Positions 9,892 through 20,050 of a stretch of 64,000 bases of DNA are shown piece by piece. How positions within the stretch are numbered: the stretch's first letter is position 1; every line of letters starts with the position of its first letter. This DNA comes from Hydrurus foetidus (taxonomy: Eukaryota), in NCBI GenBank assembly GCA_900617105.1, contig UYFQ01000001.1, positions 3,844,001 to 3,908,000 of the forward strand, written 5' to 3'. The position numbers were made by a program, and so were the translations under genes. The notes below the pieces were generated by a model, which was given only the letters and a program-made list of their open reading frames with translations, ran no database searches and was not told the origin of the DNA.

Positions 9892-10548
9892 ATGAACTTC
9901 AGTTACTTGTCTCGTTTCGCCGGTCGCTTTTCTGGCCAATTGTCCAGCTTAATTGTGGGCGTTGCGCTGGTTGCAACTGCGGGCACAGTTGCTGCGGCAG
10001 ACGAAGCGCCAGATGCGCTTATCAAACGCATTTCTACCGAAGTCATGCAAAGCATCAAGGCCGATCCAGGCATTCAGATTGGCGACGTGACCAAGGTCAG
10101 CGCATTGGTAGACAACCAAATCATGCCTAACGTCAACTTCGTGCGCATGACCGCATCAGCGGTCGGACGCAATTGGCGTCAAGCAACGCCAGAGCAACAA
10201 AAGCGCCTTCAAGAAGAGTTCAAAGCCTTGCTGGTACGCACTTACTCTGGCGCGCTATCGCAGGTTAAAGACCAATCTGTCAGCGTAAAGCCTTTGCGTG
10301 CCGCCGCAGCAGACACCGAAGTCGTTGTTCGTACTGAGGTGTTGGGTCGGGGCGACCCGGTTCAACTCGATTACCGCATGGAAAAAGTAGCTTCTGGCTG
10401 GAAGATTTACGACCTGAACGTACTGGGCGTTTGGATGGTAGAGACCTACCGCACTCAGTTCGCGCAGGAAATCAATGCCAAAGGCATTGATGGCTTGATC
10501 GCAGCTTTGGTTGAGCGCAACAAATCTAATGCTGCGAAAAAGTCGTAG
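9892..10548 (+). CDS. mlaC: MlaC periplasmic phospholipid-binding protein
   Basis: Signal peptide and WKIYDLNVLGVWMVETYRTQF. Confidence 0.93.
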   Translation: MNFSYLSRFAGRFSGQLSSLIVGVALVATAGTVAAADEAPDALIKRISTEVMQSIKADPGIQIGDVTKVSALVDNQIMPNVNFVRMTASAVGRNWRQATPEQQKRLQEEFKALLVRTYSGALSQVKDQSVSVKPLRAAAADTEVVVRTEVLGRGDPVQLDYRMEKVASGWKIYDLNVLGVWMVETYRTQFAQEINAKGIDGLIAALVERNKSNAAKKS

Positions 10549-10576
10549 TTTTTAGTCTTTTTCCTATCTTCAATCC

Positions 10577-10861
10577 ATGTTGAATCTGCCGGCCAAGGTT
10601 TACCACGATGGGGCGGATGCCTTGGCCATCAGCTTGAAGACACAGGTCGGCGCCCAAGCCAGTACAGTGTCGGTTGACGCTTCCTTGCTGGTTGAATTTG
10701 ACTCTTCCGCTTTGGCTGTGTTGCTGGCTTGCCGGCGTGCGGCCCAGGCTGCAGGCAAGCTTTTTGAGGTGTGCAACGCCCCTGCCAAGCTTGTGCAGCT
10801 TGCCGTGCTTTACGGCGTAGCGCAGCTGCTTGGGTTGCAAGAGCCAGCAACCGCCGCCTGA
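10577..10861 (+). CDS. mlaB: MlaB STAS-domain protein
   Basis: FDSSALAVLL motif and position in the operon. Confidence 0.85.
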   Translation: MLNLPAKVYHDGADALAISLKTQVGAQASTVSVDASLLVEFDSSALAVLLACRRAAQAAGKLFEVCNAPAKLVQLAVLYGVAQLLGLQEPATAA

Positions 10862-10938
10862 CTCGATTGGCTTGAGTTTTTAAGTCTTTTATAGCCGTTT
10901 GGCTTGCAGCCACTTTCGCCTCGTAAAATAGGGGGCTA

Positions 10939-11868
10939 ATGCCCGCTATTTCATTCCAATCGGTTTTTAAAACCTATCCCCCCACGCGAAAACAATCTGG
11001 CCCCGTCATCAAAGCACTGGACGACGTGAGCTTTGACATCCGGCAAGGCGAATTTTTTGGGCTACTGGGGCCCAACGGTGCTGGCAAAACCACTCTCATC
11101 AGCATTTTGGCCGGCCTATGCAAAGCCAGCCAGGGCAAAGTGTTGGTGCATGGACATGACGTTCTCACCGATTACGCCGCCGCGCGCCGCGCGTTGGGTG
11201 TGGTGCCGCAAGAACTCGTTTTTGACCCGTTTTTTAGCGTGCGGGAGGCACTTCGCATCCAGTCAGGTTACTTCGGAATCAAAAATAACGACGCCTGGAT
11301 TGACGAGCTCTTGAGCAGCCTGGGCTTGGCTGACAAGGCTAATGCAAATATGCGCCAGCTTTCAGGCGGCATGAAGCGCCGCGTGCTGGTGGCCCAAGCT
11401 CTGGTGCACAAGCCGCAGGTCATCGTGCTGGACGAGCCAACAGCCGGGGTTGACGTGGAACTGCGGCAAACGCTGTGGCAATTTATTGCCAAGCTGAATA
11501 AACAAGGCAGCACTGTGCTGCTCACCACGCATTACCTCGAAGAAGCCGAGGCTCTGTGCAGCCGCATTGCGATGCTCAAGCAGGGCAAAGTGGTTGCCTT
11601 GGCCAACACTTCGGAGTTGTTAAAGGCAGCATCTTCAAACGTGCTCAGGTTCAAAATAGATAGCGAGCTACCTATTGAACTCAAGCGCCAGGCACGCATT
11701 ACTGGCAGAATTGTGCAGTTTCCGGCGCATAACGCCAATGAAATTGAGCAATATCTGGCGGCAGTTCGTCAAGCGGGGCTGGTAGCTGAAGACATTGAAA
11801 TTCGCAAGGCCGACCTCGAAGATGTTTTCCTGGACGTCATGTCTGGCAAGTCTGAGGTGGCTGTATGA
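10939..11868 (+). CDS. ABC transporter ATP-binding protein (YadG-like)
   Basis: GPNGAGKT, LSGGMKRR and LDEPTAGVD motifs. Confidence 0.9.
   Translation: MPAISFQSVFKTYPPTRKQSGPVIKALDDVSFDIRQGEFFGLLGPNGAGKTTLISILAGLCKASQGKVLVHGHDVLTDYAAARRALGVVPQELVFDPFFSVREALRIQSGYFGIKNNDAWIDELLSSLGLADKANANMRQLSGGMKRRVLVAQALVHKPQVIVLDEPTAGVDVELRQTLWQFIAKLNKQGSTVLLTTHYLEEAEALCSRIAMLKQGKVVALANTSELLKAASSNVLRFKIDSELPIELKRQARITGRIVQFPAHNANEIEQYLAAVRQAGLVAEDIEIRKADLEDVFLDVMSGKSEVAV
11647..11692 (+). repeat. Degenerate family A repeat inside the ABC ATPase gene
   Basis: CAAAATAGATAGC, 20 nt, then GCGCCA: same spacing as the hisD copy, but the core is poorly matched. Confidence 0.35.
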
Positions 11869-12620
11869 CCGGCTGGCAAACGCTGCTTTATAAAGAAGTT
11901 TTACGCTTCTGGAAAGTTGGCTTCCAAACTGTCGGCGCGCCTGTGTTGACGGCAGTGATGTACATGCTGATTTTTGGTCATGTGCTTGAAGGTCAGGTTA
12001 AGGTTTACGGCACTGTTAACTACACTGCGTTTTTAGTACCCGGCCTGGTCATGATGAGTGTGCTGCAAAACGCTTTTGCCAACAGTTCGTCGTCGCTCAT
12101 TCAAAGCAAAATTATGGGCAGCCTGGTGTTTGTACTGCTCACGCCGTTGTCGCACTGGCACTGGTTTTTTGCCTATGTTGGGGCATCGATTGCACGTGGC
12201 TTGCTGGTGGGCGCGGGCGTGTTTGTCGTCACGGTGTACTTTGGCCGGCCAGACTTTGTCTACCCACTGTGGATTGTGCTTTTCGCAGTTTTGGGTGCGG
12301 CTATGCTGGGCGCATTGGGCGTGATCGCCGGACTGTGGTCGGACAAGTTTGACCAGATGGCGGCGTTTCAAAATTTCGTCATCATGCCGATGACGTTTTT
12401 AAGCGGCGTGTTTTATTCGATTCATTCGTTGCCGCCATTTTGGCAAACTGTCAGCCACTTGAACCCGTTTTTCTACATGATTGATGGTTTCAGGTACGGG
12501 TTTTTTGGCGTAAGTGATGTGTCACCTTGGCTCAGCTTGGGTATCGTCTCGACTGCGCTCATCGTGGTGAGTGCTATTGCCGTCAACATGCTGCGCACCG
12601 GCTACAAAATAAGACATTAA
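11865..12620 (+). CDS. ABC-2 permease (YadH-like)
   Basis: Multi-TM protein with PMTFLSGVFYS and NPFFYMIDGFRYG. Confidence 0.9.
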   Translation: MTGWQTLLYKEVLRFWKVGFQTVGAPVLTAVMYMLIFGHVLEGQVKVYGTVNYTAFLVPGLVMMSVLQNAFANSSSSLIQSKIMGSLVFVLLTPLSHWHWFFAYVGASIARGLLVGAGVFVVTVYFGRPDFVYPLWIVLFAVLGAAMLGALGVIAGLWSDKFDQMAAFQNFVIMPMTFLSGVFYSIHSLPPFWQTVSHLNPFFYMIDGFRYGFFGVSDVSPWLSLGIVSTALIVVSAIAVNMLRTGYKIRH

Positions 12621-12624
12621 ATAT

Positions 12625-12864
12625 ATGACCAGTGAAGAACTACAAACCATCATTGCCGGCGGCCTGCCGTGCGAGCACATCGAGCTCTCGGGCGACGGCC
12701 AACACTGGTACGCGACGATTGTCTCGAGCAGCTTTGAAGGCCAGCGCCTGATTCAGCGACATCAAAAAGTCTACGCTACCTTGGGTGGTCGCATTCAAAC
12801 CAATGAAGTGCATGCGCTGTCGATGAAAACCTTCACGCCTGCCGAGTGGGCAGCCAATTCCTAA
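12625..12864 (+). CDS. BolA/IbaG family protein
   Basis: GDGQH, IQRHQKVY and VHALSM motifs; lies upstream of murA. Confidence 0.9.
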   Translation: MTSEELQTIIAGGLPCEHIELSGDGQHWYATIVSSSFEGQRLIQRHQKVYATLGGRIQTNEVHALSMKTFTPAEWAANS

Positions 12865-12908
12865 GTTCTGGTTCTTAATTTCCCATACCGAATTTTCAGA
12901 CTCAATTC

Positions 12909-14183
12909 ATGGACAAAATTCTCATCAAAGGCGGCAACGCGCTGAACGGTACAGTCACTATTTCAGGGGCGAAAAACGCAGCTTTGCCCGAGCTGTGTGC
13001 GGCGCTGCTGACAGCTGACACGGTAACGCTGGAAAATGTGCCAGGCCTGCAAGATGTGACGACTATGCTCACTCTGGTTCGCAACATGGGTGTGTCGGCT
13101 GAACGCGATGCGTCGACCCCAAGCACTGTGGTACTCAACGCGGGTACGCTAACTTCGCCAGAGGCGCCGTACGAGCTGGTCAAAACCATGCGCGCTTCTG
13201 TGTTGGCATTAGGCCCGCTGCTCGCACGTTTTGGCGAAGCCACGGTGTCCTTGCCCGGTGGTTGCGCCATCGGCTCGCGGCCAGTAGATCAGCACATCAA
13301 AGGCCTGCAAGCGATGGGCGCCGAGATTGTGGTGGAGCACGGCTACATGATTGCCAGGTTGCCCGCTGGCCGCACGCGCCTTAAAGGCTGCAGCATCACG
13401 ACTGACATGGTGACTGTTACTGGCACCGAGAATTTCTTGATGGCGGCAACGCTGGCAGAAGGCGAGACGATTTTGGAAAACGCTGCTCAGGAGCCTGAAA
13501 TCGGGGACTTGGCCGAAATGCTCATCAAAATGGGCGCAAAAATTGAAGGCCACGGCACCCGGCGTATTCGCATTCAGGGCGTGGAACACCTGCATGGCTG
13601 CACGCACCAAGTGGTGGCAGATCGAATTGAAACCGGCACGTTTTTATGCGCCGTGGCGGCATGTGGCGGTGCGGTAAAACTGATTAACGGCCGTGCCGAC
13701 CACCTGGACGCTGTAATTGACAAGTTGCGCGAGGCAGGCGCAACAGTTACAGCAGGCGACGGCTTCATCGATGTGAAGTCGAGCGGCAGGCTCAAAGCGC
13801 AATCGTTTCGCACCACTGAATACCCGGGTTTTCCAACCGATATGCAGGCCCAGTTCATGGCGCTCAATACTGTGTCTAGTGGTTCGGCCAGCGTGACCGA
13901 AACCATTTTTGAAAATCGTTTTATGCACGTCAATGAAATGGTTCGCTTGGGTGCAAAAATTCAGATTGAAGGCAAAGTCGCCATCATGGAAGGCGTTGAA
14001 AAACTATCGGGTGCTACCGTGATGGCAACCGACTTGCGCGCCTCAGCCAGTTTGGTCATTGCCGGGCTGGTTGCTGATGGCGAAACCATGATTGACCGCA
14101 TCTACCACCTCGACCGCGGCTACGACCACATGGAGGCCAAGTTGCGTGTCCTCGGTGCCGACATCGAGCGAGTCAAGGCATGA
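12909..14183 (+). CDS. murA: UDP-N-acetylglucosamine 1-carboxyvinyltransferase
   Basis: [23 protein letters not shown] and YPGFPTDMQ motifs. Confidence 0.97.
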   Translation: MDKILIKGGNALNGTVTISGAKNAALPELCAALLTADTVTLENVPGLQDVTTMLTLVRNMGVSAERDASTPSTVVLNAGTLTSPEAPYELVKTMRASVLALGPLLARFGEATVSLPGGCAIGSRPVDQHIKGLQAMGAEIVVEHGYMIARLPAGRTRLKGCSITTDMVTVTGTENFLMAATLAEGETILENAAQEPEIGDLAEMLIKMGAKIEGHGTRRIRIQGVEHLHGCTHQVVADRIETGTFLCAVAACGGAVKLINGRADHLDAVIDKLREAGATVTAGDGFIDVKSSGRLKAQSFRTTEYPGFPTDMQAQFMALNTVSSGSASVTETIFENRFMHVNEMVRLGAKIQIEGKVAIMEGVEKLSGATVMATDLRASASLVIAGLVADGETMIDRIYHLDRGYDHMEAKLRVLGADIERVKA

Positions 14184-14211
14184 TCACCATTGAAAAACTG
14201 GGGACGCAGTC

Positions 14212-14850
14212 GTGATAACGATCGCTTTGTCTAAAGGCCGTATTTTTGACGACATCTTGCCGCTATTAAAAAGCGCAGGCATCGCAGTGCTGGACGACCC
14301 TGAAAAATCTCGCAAGCTCATATTGGATACCAACCAGCCCGATGTGCGTGTGCTGCTGGTGCGTGCAACTGATGTACCCACTTACGTGCAGTGTGGTGGC
14401 GCGGACATGGGTGTGGTGGGTAAAGACACGCTGCTCGAATCTGACACGCAGGGCTTGTACCAGCCGCTTGATTTGCAAATCGCGAAATGCCGCATAAGCG
14501 TGGCTGTGCGTGAAGGTTTTGATTACTCCGCTGCCATGCGCCAAGGCTCGCGCATGAAAGTCGCCACCAAGTATGTGGCGATTGCGCGTGACTTTTTTGC
14601 ATCAAAAGGCGTGCACGTTGACTTGATCAAGCTTTACGGCAGTATGGAACTGGCGCCATTAACTGGCCTGGCTGATGCGATTGTTGACCTGGTCTCCACT
14701 GGCAATACCCTTAAAGCCAATCACCTGATTGAAGTTGAGCGCATCATGGACATCAGCTCGCATTTAATCGTCAACCAAACAGCGTTGAAACTCAAGCAAG
14801 CGCCCATTCGCAAAATTGTTGATGCCTTTGCTGCAGCGGTCAATAAGTAA
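14212..14850 (+). CDS. hisG: ATP phosphoribosyltransferase, short form (needs HisZ, which is not in the window)
   Basis: ALSKGRI and [19 protein letters not shown] motifs; 212 aa. Confidence 0.95.
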   Translation: MITIALSKGRIFDDILPLLKSAGIAVLDDPEKSRKLILDTNQPDVRVLLVRATDVPTYVQCGGADMGVVGKDTLLESDTQGLYQPLDLQIAKCRISVAVREGFDYSAAMRQGSRMKVATKYVAIARDFFASKGVHVDLIKLYGSMELAPLTGLADAIVDLVSTGNTLKANHLIEVERIMDISSHLIVNQTALKLKQAPIRKIVDAFAAAVNK

Positions 14851-14873
14851 GTCAATCGATAGTTCATTCTGTT

Positions 14874-14922
14874 TACTATGAATTTAATAGCTGCTCCCGC
14901 CCGTATTATCAGCGCCAATAGC
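14874..14922 (+). repeat. Family A repeat overlapping the hisD start codon
   Basis: TACTATGAATTTAATAGCTGCTCCCGCCCGTATTATCAGCGCCAATAGC, encoding [15 protein letters not shown]. Confidence 0.75.
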
Positions 14923-16194
14923 ACTTTTGATGCTGAACTGAAGGCGCGCCTGCATTGGTCTGCCGATGCAGATGCTGCTATCGAGCAGCGGGTGGCCAGC
15001 ATCTTGGCCGACGTGCAAACGCGTGGCGATGCGGCAGTGCTGGAATACACCGCACGTTTCGATAGCTTGACCGTCCCGTCAATGGCTGCGCTGGAGCTGA
15101 CGCAAGCCGAGCTTAAATCCGCATTCGATGCCATTCCTGCCGCCCAACGCGACGCACTTCAAGCTGCAGCCCAGCGCGTACGCAGCTATCACGAAGCACA
15201 AAAGCAAGCCAACGGCCAAAGCTGGAGCTACCGCGACGAATACGGCTCTTTGCTCGGCCAAAAAGTAACGCCACTAGACCGCGTGGGCATTTACGTACCG
15301 GGCGGAAAAGCCGCTTACCCTTCTTCGGTGTTGATGAATGCGATACCCGCGCACGTGGCGGGTGTGGGTGAAATCATCATGGTGGTGCCCACGCCCAAGG
15401 GCGAGAAGAACGCGCTTGTTTTAGCCGCTGCCTACGTCGCTGGCGTCACCCGCGCCTTCACCATTGGCGGCGCGCAAGCGGTGGCCGCCTTGGCCTATGG
15501 CACGCAAACCGTGCCCAAGGTCGACAAAATAACCGGCCCCGGCAACGCCTATGTGGCCAGCGCCAAAAAGCATGTGTTTGGTACCGTCGGCATCGACATG
15601 ATTGCTGGGCCCTCGGAGATTTTGGTGATTGCCGACGGCACCACGCCCGCCGACTGGGTGGCGATGGACTTGTTCAGCCAGGCCGAGCACGACGAGCTGG
15701 CGCAAAGCATTTTGCTTTGCCCCGATGCGGCGTACATTAACGCGGTTCAAGAAGCTATCAACCGCCTGTTGCCCACCATGCCGCGCGCTGCCATCATCGC
15801 CAAGTCATTGAATGACCGTGGCGCGTTGATCTTGACTCGCAGCATGGAAGAAGCCTGCGACATCAGCAACCGCATCGCACCTGAACATTTGGAAGTCTCA
15901 AGCCGGGACCCACACAAATGGGAGCCACTGCTAAAACACGCTGGCGCCATTTTCTTGGGTGCGTACACCAGCGAAAGCTTGGGCGACTACTGCGCCGGCC
16001 CCAATCACGTGCTGCCCACCAGCGGTACGGTACGCTTTTCAAGCCCGCTGGGCGTGTACGACTTTCAAAAGCGCAGCAGCATCATTGAGGTCAGCGAGCA
16101 GGGCGCGCAGGTGCTCGGCAAAGTTGCGGCTGAGCTGGCGTATGGTGAGGGCTTGCAGGCCCATGCGCGTGCAGCTGAGATGCGCCTTCGTTAG
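14878..16194 (+). CDS. hisD: Histidinol dehydrogenase
   Basis: [25 protein letters not shown] and GPNHVLPT motifs. Confidence 0.97.
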   Translation: MNLIAAPARIISANSTFDAELKARLHWSADADAAIEQRVASILADVQTRGDAAVLEYTARFDSLTVPSMAALELTQAELKSAFDAIPAAQRDALQAAAQRVRSYHEAQKQANGQSWSYRDEYGSLLGQKVTPLDRVGIYVPGGKAAYPSSVLMNAIPAHVAGVGEIIMVVPTPKGEKNALVLAAAYVAGVTRAFTIGGAQAVAALAYGTQTVPKVDKITGPGNAYVASAKKHVFGTVGIDMIAGPSEILVIADGTTPADWVAMDLFSQAEHDELAQSILLCPDAAYINAVQEAINRLLPTMPRAAIIAKSLNDRGALILTRSMEEACDISNRIAPEHLEVSSRDPHKWEPLLKHAGAIFLGAYTSESLGDYCAGPNHVLPTSGTVRFSSPLGVYDFQKRSSIIEVSEQGAQVLGKVAAELAYGEGLQAHARAAEMRLR

Positions 16195-16239
16195 TTTTGC
16201 GGCCGAGATGCGGTTGAAGTAGTTTGTAATCGTTCAGGG

Positions 16240-16650
16240 TTAGGCTTTTTTGTGCTTTGTTTTAGCAACGGCCTTCGTCACTTTCTTCGGCTTGGCCAAG
16301 TTCTTTGCTGCCCGTGCCCGTAAAGCGCAATCCAGCGCCAGCGCCGCCCAAGGCCGCATCGCATCGGGTGAATCCATCGCTTCTTCAGGGCTGCTGAAGT
16401 AATTCATCGAACGCGGCACGCCCTTCATCGGGTAAGTAAATATCTTGCAGCCAGCCGCCTCGTATTGGCTGCGCGTGCTGTCGTCACCCTTCAGCCACAG
16501 CTTTTCACCGTCGCCCAAATCCGCAAGAATCGCAATCGTCAGCCCATCAATGCTGATGCCAAATCCGCCAAACATGCGTTTGGGTACACAGCGGCCAACG
16601 CTGGCCAGCAGGTCGCAACAGTAGTTGGCGAAGTCTAGGTTTGTAGGCAT
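16240..16650 (-). CDS. TfoX/Sxy N-terminal domain protein
   Basis: KRMFGGFGI, LWLKGD, MNYF and WAALALDCA segments. Confidence 0.85.
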   Translation of the reverse strand: MPTNLDFANYCCDLLASVGRCVPKRMFGGFGISIDGLTIAILADLGDGEKLWLKGDDSTRSQYEAAGCKIFTYPMKGVPRSMNYFSSPEEAMDSPDAMRPWAALALDCALRARAAKNLAKPKKVTKAVAKTKHKKA

Positions 16651-16660
16651 GATTTCGCGA

Positions 16661-17083
16661 TTAAACCAAAGCACTACCGACCTGCACCATCGCGCCTTGT
16701 AAATCCGCATCCAGCGTTGCCAGCGGCAAGCCTTCACGTAATGCCAATTCCAGATACGCTGCGTCATAAGACGACAACTTGAAGCGCCGTGCCAATTGCA
16801 AGGTATCGCCCAAGGCCCGTGCGGCAGTGCTGCCGTCTACGGTGATAGTCATCTCTGACAGCAAGCCTACAAAGGCGCTTGCACGCGCTTCTGACACTAA
16901 ACCCTTGGCTTGCGCTTTGACGAGCACATTGGCAACTTCCAGAGACCAGACGCCGGGCACCAGCGCCTCGCTGGTGTCCTGGGTCAGCAAGTCCAGCACT
17001 TTGGATGCGTAGGCCAGCCGTTCTTCGCTGCCGTCATTCAGCAGCCAGCGCATGACCACTGAGTTATCCAGCACAAACCGCAT
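16661..17083 (-). CDS. vapC: VapC PIN-domain toxin (module 1)
   Basis: PIN acidic residues in VLDNS, LEVAN, SSYDAAY and TLDADL. Confidence 0.9.
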   Translation of the reverse strand: MRFVLDNSVVMRWLLNDGSEERLAYASKVLDLLTQDTSEALVPGVWSLEVANVLVKAQAKGLVSEARASAFVGLLSEMTITVDGSTAARALGDTLQLARRFKLSSYDAAYLELALREGLPLATLDADLQGAMVQVGSALV

Positions 17084-17331
17084 CAGTCGCGGCCGGCGTC
17101 AATCAGGGTTTTGATGTCAAGCGCTTCAAGCCGTGGCGCGTCAAGCATCAAGCGCTGCATACCCGCTGCTGCCAACGCACCAGTACGGCGCACGCTGCTG
17201 CCCGCAGGCAGCAGGTCAGCCACAGGCTCGCCGCGCTGGGTGATGGTGAAGCCCTGTCCATCACGTACCCGGCGCAACAAATCCGCCAAATGCGTTTTGG
17301 TTTCGTAGGAGCCTATGGATTGGAGTTGCAT
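17083..17331 (-). CDS. Phd/YefM antitoxin (module 1)
   Basis: YETKTHLADLLRRV...ITQRGEPVA; TGATG overlap with the toxin. Confidence 0.88.
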   Translation of the reverse strand: MQLQSIGSYETKTHLADLLRRVRDGQGFTITQRGEPVADLLPAGSSVRRTGALAAAGMQRLMLDAPRLEALDIKTLIDAGRD

Positions 17332-17351
17332 GGTGTGGCCTTTTTTTGCAG

Positions 17352-17371
17352 TAGACCAGATTTTAGACCAG
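17352..17371 (-). promoter_or_regulatory. Putative antitoxin operator, module 1
   Basis: Direct repeat TAGACCAG x2 (17352-17359, 17364-17371) about 20-40 bp upstream of the antitoxin start. Confidence 0.5.
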
Positions 17372-17474
17372 TTACTCGGTGCGCACAATTCTTGAATACT
17401 CTTGCCTTGAGCTCTAATTTCGTGGCCAGGCTGCGCATCACACGCACCGACTGGACGTTAGGTTAACCACTATG

Positions 17475-17496
17475 CTTGACCATCTAAATAGTCAAG
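17475..17496 (+). promoter_or_regulatory. Putative promoter/operator, module 2
   Basis: Inverted repeat CTTGACCAT-4-ATAGTCAAG containing a -35-like TTGACC, 15 bp before the ATG. Confidence 0.6.
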
Positions 17497-17511
17497 TAAA
17501 AAGGCTTCTCA

Positions 17512-17757
17512 ATGCAAGTCAGCGTAGCAGACATCAAAGCCAAGTTCACCGCCATTGCCCGGCAGGCTGATGCGGGGCAAGAGGTGATCATCACCAACCG
17601 GGGTCGGCCTGCTTACCGGCTGCTGCCCATTACCGCAGCCCCACTGCGTGCGCCTTTTCCTGACACCACTGCGCTGGCCATGCAGTCCAAACCGAGCCAA
17701 GTGCTGGTGAACGGCAACTTTGTAGTTGACTGGCGTGCGCAAAATGAGCGTTTTTAG
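17512..17757 (+). CDS. Phd/YefM antitoxin (module 2)
   Basis: DIKAKFT...GQEVIITNRGRPAYRL. Confidence 0.85.
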   Translation: MQVSVADIKAKFTAIARQADAGQEVIITNRGRPAYRLLPITAAPLRAPFPDTTALAMQSKPSQVLVNGNFVVDWRAQNERF

Positions 17758-17763
17758 TCCGCC

Positions 17764-18267
17764 ATGCCCAACACCGTTTATATAGACACCAGCCTGTTGC
17801 TGGCCGCCTTTACCAACGAGCCGAGCCAGCAGACTGCGCTGGCACTGCTGCAAGACTCGCAATGGACACAGGTGTGCGTCAGCGACTGGACTTTGGCCGA
17901 GTTTGCGTGCGCACTGCACGTCAAAGTACTGCGTGGCGAGACATCCATAGATGTGGCGCACACCATTGACCAAACCATCAAACGCTTGCTTGATGAGGGC
18001 GCCTTGCAGCGCCTGCCCGTGTTGCGTGAAGACTACAGCGCTGTGCAACGGGTGACTCCTGGTATCAACTGCTTGGTGCGGGGTGCCGATGCGCTGCATT
18101 TGGCCGTAGCGGCCAGGAGCCGCATGACCCACTTCGCCAGTCTGGACAAAACGCAGCGCTTGGCAGCGCACCAATGGCTGAGCGACGTTCAATACGTACC
18201 GGAGCTAAAACTTGAAAATCACACGAATTTCGTGCAACACGAATTTAGTGTATTATTTAAGGTATGA
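17764..18267 (+). CDS. vapC: VapC PIN-domain toxin (module 2)
   Basis: YIDTS, LAEF, GADALHLA and SLDK motifs. Confidence 0.85.
   Translation: MPNTVYIDTSLLLAAFTNEPSQQTALALLQDSQWTQVCVSDWTLAEFACALHVKVLRGETSIDVAHTIDQTIKRLLDEGALQRLPVLREDYSAVQRVTPGINCLVRGADALHLAVAARSRMTHFASLDKTQRLAAHQWLSDVQYVPELKLENHTNFVQHEFSVLFKV
18222..18250 (+). promoter_or_regulatory. Putative operator, module 3
   Basis: Palindrome CACGAATTTCGTG followed by CACGAATTTAGTG, then TATTAT just upstream of the ATG at 18264. Confidence 0.6.
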
Positions 18268-18497
18268 AAAACGTCACCATCACCGTTGAAGAATCCGCGC
18301 TCGAATGGGCTCGTATTGAGGCAGCCAAGCGCAACTCGAGTGTTTCGCGCTTGGTTGGCGAAATTTTGGCGGAAAAGATGAGGCAAGAAGACGCCTACGC
18401 GCAGGCCATGCGCGGCTGGTTGGGCAAGGAGCGGCAGTGGTCCTCTAGTGGCGCGGCGTACCCAAGTCGTGACCAGACTTACGACCGCGCTGCATGA
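18264..18497 (+). CDS. CopG/ribbon-helix-helix type antitoxin (module 3)
   Basis: MKNVTITVEE...ARIEAAKRNSSVSRLV; overlaps the downstream PIN gene. Confidence 0.8.
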   Translation: MKNVTITVEESALEWARIEAAKRNSSVSRLVGEILAEKMRQEDAYAQAMRGWLGKERQWSSSGAAYPSRDQTYDRAA

Positions 18498-18940
18498 GCG
18501 GCAAAGTATTTGTCGATGCCAACATTCTGCTTTACAGCGAGGATGGCGCGGACCCCGCCAAGCAAGCCACAGCATTGGCTTGGTTGCATGTTCTTTGGCA
18601 GCGGCGTATTGGCAGCCTGAGCACGCAGGTTCTCAATGAGTTTTATGTCAACGCCGTCCGAAAAATCAAACCACCCATGCCCGCTGGCGATGCAAGAGCC
18701 GAGGTGCGGCGTTACGCGCAGTGGCAGCCATGGACGATTGACCAGGCTACTGTGGAGTCTGCCTGGGCGGTAGAAAGTCGCTACGGTCTGCACTACTGGG
18801 ACTGTTTGGTGGTGGCTGCGGCGCAGCATTCAGGCTGCCGCTACTTGCTGTCAGAAGACATGCGGCATGAGCAGTATTACGACGCTGTGCAAGTGATCAA
18901 CCCGTTCAAATCATCGATTGCACTGCTTGACACTTTATAA
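18494..18940 (+). CDS. vapC: PIN-domain toxin (module 3)
   Basis: FVDAN, QVLNEF, YWDCL and LSEDM motifs. Confidence 0.88.
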   Translation: MSGKVFVDANILLYSEDGADPAKQATALAWLHVLWQRRIGSLSTQVLNEFYVNAVRKIKPPMPAGDARAEVRRYAQWQPWTIDQATVESAWAVESRYGLHYWDCLVVAAAQHSGCRYLLSEDMRHEQYYDAVQVINPFKSSIALLDTL

Positions 18941-18952
18941 AAAAGATCCTTT

Positions 18953-20050
18953 ATGAGCGAAGAAATGACCCAGCCTATTCAAATAACGCATCCCCGCATC
19001 CGCCAAGACGTCCGGTCCATGCACGCCTACGCTATTCAAGACTCGACCGGCATGGTCAAGCTTGATGCGATGGAAAATCCGCATCGGCTGCCTGCCGCCC
19101 TGCAAGCGCACTTGGGGCAGCGCCTTGGTGCGCTGGCGTTTAACCGCTACCCCGATGGCCGGGTCAATGACTTGCGCGATGCGCTGGCTGACTATGCGCA
19201 GATGCCTGAGGGTTTTGACATCATGCTGGGCAATGGCTCGGACGAATTGATCTCGTTGCTGGCGCTGGCTTGTGATGTTCCCGGCGCGAGCATCTTGTCG
19301 CCACTGCCCGGCTTTGTGATGTACGCCATGAGCGCCCAGTTGCAGGGCTTGCAGTTCATTGGCGTGCCGCTGACAGCCGATTTTGAGCTCGATGAAGCTG
19401 CCATGCTGGCCGCCATCGCTGAACACAAACCCGCCATCACTTACCTGGCCTACCCCAACAACCCCACCGCCAATTTGTGGGACGACGCGGCAATAGAAAA
19501 CATCATCAACGCCGTGGGCAAGCAGGGCGGCTTGGTGGTGATGGACGAGGCTTACCAGCCGTTTGCCAGCAAAAGCTACATCAGCCGCATTGCTCAGCAC
19601 AGCCACGTGCTACTGATGCGCACGCTGAGCAAGTTCGGCTTGGCGGGTGTGCGGCTGGGTTACATGATGGGCCCGAAAGCGCTGATCGCCGAGATTGACA
19701 AAGTCCGGCCACCTTACAACATTAGCGTGCTGAACTGTGAATGCGCGTCGTTCGCGCTTGAAAATCAAGATGTGTTTAAGGCACAAGCCCTTGATTTGAT
19801 TGAACAGCGCGCTATGCTTTTAGAATCCTTGGGTAAGATTTCTGGCTTAGAGCACTGGAAAAGCGACGCCAACATGATCCTCGTTCGCGTGGCCGACAGC
19901 GCCAAAACTTTTGAGGGCATGAAAGCCCAAGGCGTGCTTATTAAAAACGTTTCTAAAATGCACCCATTGCTCGCCAATTGTTTGCGCCTGACGGTGGGCA
20001 CTGCAGATGAAAATCAGTTGATGCTGGCGGCGCTCAAAAACTCTTTATGA
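18953..20050 (+). CDS. hisC: Histidinol-phosphate aminotransferase
   Basis: [17 protein letters not shown] and [14 protein letters not shown] motifs. Confidence 0.96.
   Translation: MSEEMTQPIQITHPRIRQDVRSMHAYAIQDSTGMVKLDAMENPHRLPAALQAHLGQRLGALAFNRYPDGRVNDLRDALADYAQMPEGFDIMLGNGSDELISLLALACDVPGASILSPLPGFVMYAMSAQLQGLQFIGVPLTADFELDEAAMLAAIAEHKPAITYLAYPNNPTANLWDDAAIENIINAVGKQGGLVVMDEAYQPFASKSYISRIAQHSHVLLMRTLSKFGLAGVRLGYMMGPKALIAEIDKVRPPYNISVLNCECASFALENQDVFKAQALDLIEQRAMLLESLGKISGLEHWKSDANMILVRVADSAKTFEGMKAQGVLIKNVSKMHPLLANCLRLTVGTADENQLMLAALKNSL
19778..19823 (-). repeat. Degenerate family A repeat inside hisC
   Basis: AAGGCACAAGCCC, 20 nt, then GCTATGCTTTTAG: end motifs and spacing conserved, core diverged. 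Confidence 0.45.
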
